DNA of 32,000 nt from Cyanothece sp. BG0011 (GTDB lineage Bacteria; Cyanobacteriota; Cyanobacteriia; Cyanobacteriales; Microcystaceae). Both the position numbers and the translations under genes were made by a program. Of the stretch, positions 26,639 through 32,000 are shown one piece after another; positions within the stretch are counted from its first letter, which is position 1, and every line of letters starts with the position of its first letter. The DNA lies in NCBI RefSeq assembly GCF_003013815.1, contig NZ_PRLH01000189.1, forward strand, positions 2,301 to 34,300. The letters run 5' to 3'. The notes beneath the pieces are model-generated. The model ran no database searches, was not told the origin of the DNA, and saw only the letters and a list, made by a program, of their open reading frames with translations.

Positions 26639-26879
26639 AAACCCTTTCCCGTTGGCTGTTCACTCGGACGTAGGGAGTTGAGTTACCCCATTTATGAGAA
26701 ATTTCCGTTAAGAATTATGAAGTTGGCGGAAGGGAGAAAATCGATTTTTGTCCCTGAAAAAATCCCCTATTCCCCATAGATAAGGGAAGTTTAAGGATCA
26801 TGAATTATGGTATCGTTGATATTGCCGTAATGCGTGCAAAGATTAATATACCCACAAAATCATAATTTGCAGGAGAACA

Positions 26880-27365
26880 ATGGTGAAACGATTTATGCTG
26901 ATGGCCATCGCTGCTATCTTTTTCTTTTTACAATTTCCCATCCATAACGCCAGTGCCTTACAATTAAACGAGGAAACTCGAACCATTCCTTTAAATGAAG
27001 AAGGGGAAACAACAACCTTAAGCAGTGAACAGATCACCAATGGTCAAAGACTATTCATTCGTGAATGTACCCAATGTCACTTACAAGGGAAAACCAAGAC
27101 CAATAATAATGTTAGTTTGGGATTAGAAGATTTAGCCTTAGCAGAACCTCCTCGTGATAATGTCTTAGGTTTGGTCGACTATTTGAAATATCCCACCAGT
27201 TACGATGGAGAAGACGACTATACCGAATTACACGTTAATGTGAGTCGTCCTGATATCTATCCAGAATTAAGAGACTTCACCGAAGACGATCTTTATGATG
27301 TGTCTGGTTATGTTTTAGTCGCCCCCAAATTAGATCCTTACTGGGGTGGATCAATTTACTTCTAA
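26880..27365 (+). CDS. psbV: cytochrome c-550 of photosystem II
   Basis: 161 aa with a signal peptide and heme motif CTQCH. The segment CTQCHLQGKTKTNNNVSLGL...APKLD..WGG.IYF is nearly identical to known PsbV. AGGAG Shine-Dalgarno. Confidence 0.95.
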   Translation: MVKRFMLMAIAAIFFFLQFPIHNASALQLNEETRTIPLNEEGETTTLSSEQITNGQRLFIRECTQCHLQGKTKTNNNVSLGLEDLALAEPPRDNVLGLVDYLKYPTSYDGEDDYTELHVNVSRPDIYPELRDFTEDDLYDVSGYVLVAPKLDPYWGGSIYF

Positions 27366-27404
27366 ACTAAGTCATCGAGGCAATTGAGTTGACTTTCATA
27401 ATTT

Positions 27405-27434
27405 TCTCTCTAGCTAGTCTAGGGAGATTTTTTT
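27405..27434 (+). terminator. Rho-independent terminator of psbV
   Basis: tctctctag-ctagt-ctagggaga forms a 9-bp stem with one G:U pair, followed by ttttttt. Confidence 0.75.
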
Positions 27435-27486
27435 ATCGATAGAAACTTCCACAAGCGAAATGTTAAGCTAAGTTGGAGTAAAAAAA

Positions 27487-27514
27487 TGACTTCTGACTTC
27501 TAACTTCTAACTTC
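27487..27514 (+). repeat. tandem heptamer T(G/A)ACTTC x4
   Basis: tgacttc tgacttc taacttc taacttc ends 6 nt before the rhomboid ATG. Confidence 0.8.
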
Positions 27515-27520
27515 TACAAT

Positions 27521-28213
27521 ATGGTTCCTTTAAATGATAATAACCCCACCGAAAGAACAGCTTATGTTACTTATGGATTGATTATTATAAACATTTTAGT
27601 TTTCTTCAAAGAACTGAGTTTAAGTTCCGAGCAATTATCACAGTTTTTCCAATATTATGCCATTGTCCCCAAACAGTTAACCGCAGGATTTAGTGGAGTC
27701 GATTTTTATCATCCCATTCCCGAATGGATGACCTTAATTACCTCTCAATTTCTCCACGCTGGTTTTTTACATATTGCCGGAAATATGTTGTTTTTATGGA
27801 TTTTTGGCAATAACGTCGAGGATAAATTAGGTCATGTCAAATACTTATTATTTTATCTAACTTGTGGGGTATTAGCCGGTTTAAGTCAATGGTATTTTGC
27901 CCCCTATTCTGAGATTCCTTCATTAGGGGCCAGTGGGGCGATCGCAGGGGTAATGGGAGCCTACATTTTACGCTTTCCTCAGGCCCAAGTGTTAACCTTA
28001 ATTCCCTTAGGTATTTTTATCACCACCATTCGAGTGCCGGCGGTCTTCTTTTTAGGCTTTTGGTTTTTGCAGCAAGCGATTTATGGGTTTGCCAGTTTAA
28101 ACGTTCAAGCCAATGTGGGGATGGAAGGGGGAGGTGTCGCTTATTGGGCCCATGCAGGAGGATTTGTGTTTGGCTTTATTTTAGGTCCACTATTAGGATT
28201 GTTTAAAAAATAA
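27521..28213 (+). CDS. rhomboid-family intramembrane serine protease
   Basis: 230 aa with motifs HAGFLHIAGNMLFLWIFG and GASGAIAGVMGAY (catalytic Ser), plus a downstream His in a TM helix. Confidence 0.9.
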   Translation: MVPLNDNNPTERTAYVTYGLIIINILVFFKELSLSSEQLSQFFQYYAIVPKQLTAGFSGVDFYHPIPEWMTLITSQFLHAGFLHIAGNMLFLWIFGNNVEDKLGHVKYLLFYLTCGVLAGLSQWYFAPYSEIPSLGASGAIAGVMGAYILRFPQAQVLTLIPLGIFITTIRVPAVFFLGFWFLQQAIYGFASLNVQANVGMEGGGVAYWAHAGGFVFGFILGPLLGLFKK

Positions 28214-28311
28214 CCATCAGATAGCCGATAATGAATAATAGGAAAGGATAGTGATCCCATCCTTAGACAAAACTGGTCTTGTTCTTTTGAAAATTGATCT
28301 AGGACGGTTCA

Positions 28312-28773
28312 ATGCTTTTACTGCTATTTCATCTGGGTGATGAAAGATACGCCATTGACAGTACCAAAGTGGTAGAAATTATCCCACAAGTGCAACTCAG
28401 AAAGCTGTATCAAGCCCCTAAATATGTAGTGGGGGTGTTTAACTATCGGAGTAAAATCGTACCGGCCATCGATTTATGTTACTTAATTGGGGATTATCCC
28501 TGTCGTCATTGTCTGAGTACAAGGATTATCATAGTCAATTATCCTCTGCCTGACGGAACCACCCGCTACCTAGGCCTGATGGCAGAACGAGTAACTGATA
28601 CCCTCTATAAATCAGAAAGGGAATGGATTCCCACAGAGGTGACGGCTGAGGTGGCTGCTTACTTGGGAGAAATGATTCCCGAAAAAGACGGTATGATTCA
28701 AAGACTACGGGTTGATAAGTTACTTTCGGATTCTCAACGAACCTGGTTGTTACCTGAAAATCGTTCCCAGTAA
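28312..28773 (+). CDS. cheW: CheW-like coupling protein
   Basis: 153 aa, a single CheW domain (LLFHLGDERYAIDSTKVVEIIP...GVFNYRSKIVPAIDL). Confidence 0.85.
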   Translation: MLLLLFHLGDERYAIDSTKVVEIIPQVQLRKLYQAPKYVVGVFNYRSKIVPAIDLCYLIGDYPCRHCLSTRIIIVNYPLPDGTTRYLGLMAERVTDTLYKSEREWIPTEVTAEVAAYLGEMIPEKDGMIQRLRVDKLLSDSQRTWLLPENRSQ

Positions 28774-28781
28774 CCTAAACC

Positions 28782-29990
28782 ATGAACCAAGAATATCAAA
28801 GAATTGAACAGTTACTAGCCCAAAAAATTGGCCTAGGCCCAGACAAACTCGGTCAACGCCAGTTAATTAAAGCTGTAACAACCCGTCAAAAAGCCTGTGA
28901 GATCCCAAGAGTCTCTGATTACCTCAAACGACTACAATCCTCAGCCCAGGAATTTCAAGAATTGGTGGAGCAAATAGTCATTCCGGAAACTTGGTTTTTT
29001 CGCCATCGCGAGGCATTTTCCCTACTCCGTCACTTTGTGCAAACCGAATGGCTTCAATCCCATCCCAGAGAAACCCTGAGAATTCTTTGCGTTCCCTGTT
29101 CCACAGGAGAAGAACCCTATTCCGTTGCCATGACCTTACTGAATTCTCCCTTAAGTCCGCAACAGTTTACCGTTGAAGGGATGGATATCAGTCAAACCGC
29201 CCTAACCTTGGCCAAAAAAGGGAGTTACGGGAAAAATTCTTTTCGGTCTCACGATCGCCTAGACTATCAGCAATTTTTTGAAGTCAAACAAAATCGTTAT
29301 CAAATTTGTCCCTCCATTCGCAATCAAGTTCAATTTTCCTGCAAAAATTTACTGTCTCCTTGGTCACCGAGTCATCCGCCCTATCATGTGATTTTTTGCC
29401 GTCATCTGTTGATTTATTTAGACGAAGACTCCCGCGATCGCGTTCTCAAAACCTTAGATCGTCTCCTCTGGGAGGGGGGCTTATTGTTTGTCGGGGCCGT
29501 CGAAACCACTCTCATTAAAGCCCCTCATTTTCGCTTCGTGTCTCACCCGTCGGCCTTTGCTTATCAAAAAGTTTCCCTGAGTCAACCTGATGTTCGGTTA
29601 AAACGAAAACCCTACCAGCGATCGCCACTCAAACCCAGGCCAGCCGCCTCTTTACCGCAACCGACCAAACAAGAAATCCAACTTTCTTCTTTACAAATGG
29701 CGCAACAATTGGCGAATCGGGGAAAATTAAAAGAAGCAGCCCAATGTTGTCAAACCCATCTCCGAGGTCATCCCATTGATGCTGAGGGTTATTTATTGTT
29801 AGGGGAAATTTCTCAAGCTCAAGGCAATCTAGAAGAGGCGCAACAATGTTTCCAAAAGGCCCTCTATCTTCGACCCAATTATCGCGAAGCCTTAGTTCAT
29901 TTGGCATTACTACGAGAAAGTCAGGGGGATACACAAGGGGCTGCCATACTCAAACACCGCATTCAACGATTAGATAATCTTCAAGGTTGA
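28782..29990 (+). CDS. cheR: CheR-type protein-glutamate O-methyltransferase with C-terminal TPR domain
   Basis: 402 aa with motifs [21 protein letters not shown] and [12 protein letters not shown]. The last ~110 aa are TPR-like repeats. Confidence 0.9.
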   Translation: MNQEYQRIEQLLAQKIGLGPDKLGQRQLIKAVTTRQKACEIPRVSDYLKRLQSSAQEFQELVEQIVIPETWFFRHREAFSLLRHFVQTEWLQSHPRETLRILCVPCSTGEEPYSVAMTLLNSPLSPQQFTVEGMDISQTALTLAKKGSYGKNSFRSHDRLDYQQFFEVKQNRYQICPSIRNQVQFSCKNLLSPWSPSHPPYHVIFCRHLLIYLDEDSRDRVLKTLDRLLWEGGLLFVGAVETTLIKAPHFRFVSHPSAFAYQKVSLSQPDVRLKRKPYQRSPLKPRPAASLPQPTKQEIQLSSLQMAQQLANRGKLKEAAQCCQTHLRGHPIDAEGYLLLGEISQAQGNLEEAQQCFQKALYLRPNYREALVHLALLRESQGDTQGAAILKHRIQRLDNLQG

Positions 29991-29994
29991 CATT

Positions 29995-31692
29995 ATGAAG
30001 TTTTACAAGTCGATGACCATTGAATCCAAACTGTTAGGGCTATTGGTCTTTTCTGCTTTTATCATGGGCGTAGGAGCCATTGTGACTTGGATTGGAATGT
30101 CTAAGTTATACGCTGAAGTTAGGCAAATGGCTGAACAGGATCTTTCTTTAATTCAAGATTTAATTTCTATCCAAGAAAACCAACTGGCACAAGTTCTTGA
30201 TTTTGAAAAAGCTTATATTGCTGGTATCAATAGCACTGATAATGCAGCCAATCAAGCTAAGTTTAATCAATCTCGCACGAGCTTCCTCGATAATCAAAGT
30301 CGCGTCAGTCTTGCTATTGAAGAGGCACAAAGTTTATTACAGAAGCAAATCAATACCGTTAGCAGTGACTCCGATCAAGAAGATTTTCAAGCCATTGCCC
30401 AAAACTTGAATGATTATCAACAAACTTATATTTTCTACAATAACCAAGCAGAACAAGTGTTTGGTTTAATTAATAATGGAGACATCCCTGCCGCCAGAAA
30501 TGCGGTGGTGAAGGTGCAACCGTTACAAGAAGAACTTAAAGAAGATAATACCCAACTGCTGCAACAAGTGGTAGGTTTATCCCAAGCTGCCGCCCATGTT
30601 GCTAAACAACATCAACAAAATACTGTCAATATTGTTTCTTTTACTTTCATTATTAGTATTATTACTATTTTAAGCCTAGGATACTGGATTACTCGCACCA
30701 TCACTCGTTCTTTAGGTCAAGCGGTTCAACTGGCAGAAGAGGTGTCTAATGGCAATCTCACCGGAGAAGTAGAAGTGATTTCCGACGATGAAATCGGACA
30801 ATTATTAGAAGCGTTAAAAATCATGATTTATAATCTCAATTCTTTGATTTCTAAAGTCCAACAATCAGGGATCGCCATTACCAGTTCCACCACACAAATG
30901 GCCGCCTCTCGCAAACAATTAGAAGCTACTTTAACCGAACAAATTGCCTCAACTAATGAAGTCACCACCACGGCACAAGAAATTGCTAATACTTCAGAAG
31001 AATTGGTCAATACCATGGAACAAATCACCGAACTTTCTCAAAGTACCGCTATGGCTGCTAATCAAGGTCAAGATGATTTAGGCAGAATGGAAACCACCAT
31101 GCGTCAATTGGCCGAAGCGACCACCTCCATTGCCTCTAAATTAGGGGTCATGAGTGAAAAAGCTCATAATATTAATAGTGTGGTTTTAACCATCACCAAA
31201 GTGGCGGATCAAACTAATTTGTTATCCTTAAACGCAGCCATCGAAGCCGAAAAAGCAGGAGAATATGGTGCCGGTTTTGCCGTGGTTGCTAGGGAAATTC
31301 GTCGTTTAGCTGACCAAACGGCGGTGGCAACTTTAGAAATTGAACAGATGGTTAAAGAGATGCAATCGGCTGTTTCAACAGGGGTGATGGAAATGGATAA
31401 ATTTAATAAAGAAGTAAGTAGTAGTGTCCAAGATGTGGGCAATATTAGTCATCAAATTGCTCAAGTTATTGAACAAGTACAAAGTATTACCCCTCGCTTT
31501 GAATTAGTGAGTAAAAGTATGGAAGAACAATCTCGCAGCGCGCAACATATTCGTGAAGCAATGGAACAGTTGAGCGAAGGATCAGAACAAACCGCTTATT
31601 CTTTACATGATACCCATCTTGTCTTAGAAAAATTGAACGATGCCGCCCAAGGATTACAATCAGAAATTTCCGTATTTAAAGTGAAAGATTAA
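29995..31692 (+). CDS. methyl-accepting chemotaxis protein (2 TM, helical sensor, HAMP, MCP signalling domain)
   Basis: 565 aa. TM helices lie at about residues 13-35 and 211-232, followed by a HAMP domain. The signalling hairpin is [39 protein letters not shown]. Confidence 0.92.
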   Translation: MKFYKSMTIESKLLGLLVFSAFIMGVGAIVTWIGMSKLYAEVRQMAEQDLSLIQDLISIQENQLAQVLDFEKAYIAGINSTDNAANQAKFNQSRTSFLDNQSRVSLAIEEAQSLLQKQINTVSSDSDQEDFQAIAQNLNDYQQTYIFYNNQAEQVFGLINNGDIPAARNAVVKVQPLQEELKEDNTQLLQQVVGLSQAAAHVAKQHQQNTVNIVSFTFIISIITILSLGYWITRTITRSLGQAVQLAEEVSNGNLTGEVEVISDDEIGQLLEALKIMIYNLNSLISKVQQSGIAITSSTTQMAASRKQLEATLTEQIASTNEVTTTAQEIANTSEELVNTMEQITELSQSTAMAANQGQDDLGRMETTMRQLAEATTSIASKLGVMSEKAHNINSVVLTITKVADQTNLLSLNAAIEAEKAGEYGAGFAVVAREIRRLADQTAVATLEIEQMVKEMQSAVSTGVMEMDKFNKEVSSSVQDVGNISHQIAQVIEQVQSITPRFELVSKSMEEQSRSAQHIREAMEQLSEGSEQTAYSLHDTHLVLEKLNDAAQGLQSEISVFKVKD

Positions 31693-31726
31693 CTCAAAAA
31701 CTCTAAGGGATAAAACACCATTTCCC

Positions 31727-31822
31727 ATTCCCTACCCCCCACACCCCCCACACCCCCCACACCCCCCTTTATAAGGGGGGCAGGGGGGGTTAGGGGCAGG
31801 GGGGGTAGGGGGTGTAGGGAAT
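31727..31822. repeat. long imperfect C-tract/G-tract inverted repeat (hairpin, G4-prone)
   Basis: The left arm attccct-a-(cccccc-aca)x3-cccccc, a tttataa loop and a right arm of G4-G7 runs ending in agggaat. It lies between the MCP stop and a convergent ORF. Confidence 0.8.
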
Positions 31823-31830
31823 AATGACAA

Positions 31831-32000
31831 TTAATCAGATTTAATTAAATACTTAATCCCCACTCTGGTGATACACTTGTCTAATTTTTTCAACCAAATA
31901 ATTTGACATAAAATAGTCTCAATTTTTTTGATTTTTAAACTACATAATTGACCCACATATAACCCTTCCTCACCAATAATAATCAGGCCACAACCACTAA
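31831..32000 (-). CDS. 3' end of an unidentified minus-strand ORF (partial, runs off the window)
   Basis: An open frame of 55 codons ends in TAA at 31831-31833 (...GLIIIGEEGLYVGQL...RVGIKYLIKSD). I recognise no motif in it. Confidence 0.3.
   Translation of the reverse strand, partial: SGCGLIIIGEEGLYVGQLCSLKIKKIETILCQIIWLKKLDKCITRVGIKYLIKSD

Noticed and set aside
26377-26673. Three tracked ORFs (26377-26586 minus, 26434-26673 plus, 26472-26663 minus) over the end of the ABC gene and the repeat region
   Set aside because: They run through the GGGGAAT heptamers and the C/G tracts, giving low-complexity GNGEWG and PFPIP peptides. They also overlap the well-supported ABC ATPase 3' end. They are artefacts of the repeats.
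26544-26775. MITE or other mobile-element interpretation of the repeat-rich ABC-psbV spacer
   Set aside because: The only terminal inverted repeat is 11 nt. No target-site duplication is visible and no transposase is nearby. It is reported as a repeat or structure element instead.
2613-31442. Other short tracked ORFs nested in or antisense to confident genes (2613-2801, 3405-3590, 7021-7260, 8751-8948, 9708-9923, 12359-12556, 12957-13145, 13000-13284, 14310-14522, 21992-22180, 23917-24105, 24867-25049, 26174-26368, 26843-27040, 28991-29176, 29306-29518, 29629-29934, 30197-30409, 30828-31028, 31209-31442)
   Set aside because: Each is 60-116 aa and almost entirely contained within, or antisense to, a longer ORF that has clear family motifs. 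None has a recognisable motif of its own.
26544-31822. CRISPR array interpretation of the tandem and inverted repeats
   Set aside because: The repeat units are 7-9 nt with no spacers of uniform length, and the window contains no cas genes.

Overview
This is a chromosomal segment from a cyanobacterium. I saw at least 18 exact HIP1 octamers (GCGATCGC) by eye, plus hallmark genes: psbV, pipX-pipY, lrtA/hpf, ctaA-ctaB, desC, a Tic20-like gene and cofG. The window is densely packed with about 35 protein-coding genes on both strands, mostly housekeeping or metabolic. I could not support any rRNA, tRNA, CRISPR array, transposase, integrase or recognisable defence gene. The parts worth a second look are: (1) a tightly coupled cheW-cheR(TPR)-mcp module with no kinase, CheB or CheY nearby. 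(2) Two related G-tract/C-tract repeat elements placed right after stop codons, able to form long hairpins or G-quadruplexes. (3) An orphan P-II-like protein followed by an untracked 35-aa lysine-rich micro-ORF. (4) A delta-9 desaturase translationally coupled to a 1005-aa YdiJ-like flavo-iron-sulfur oxidoreductase. (5) A Cys/His-rich mini-protein upstream of a pentapeptide-repeat gene. (6) Several overlapping or coupled gene pairs, short dispersed repeats and unusually long non-coding leaders. All functional calls come from reading motifs in the translated ORFs. No database search was run.
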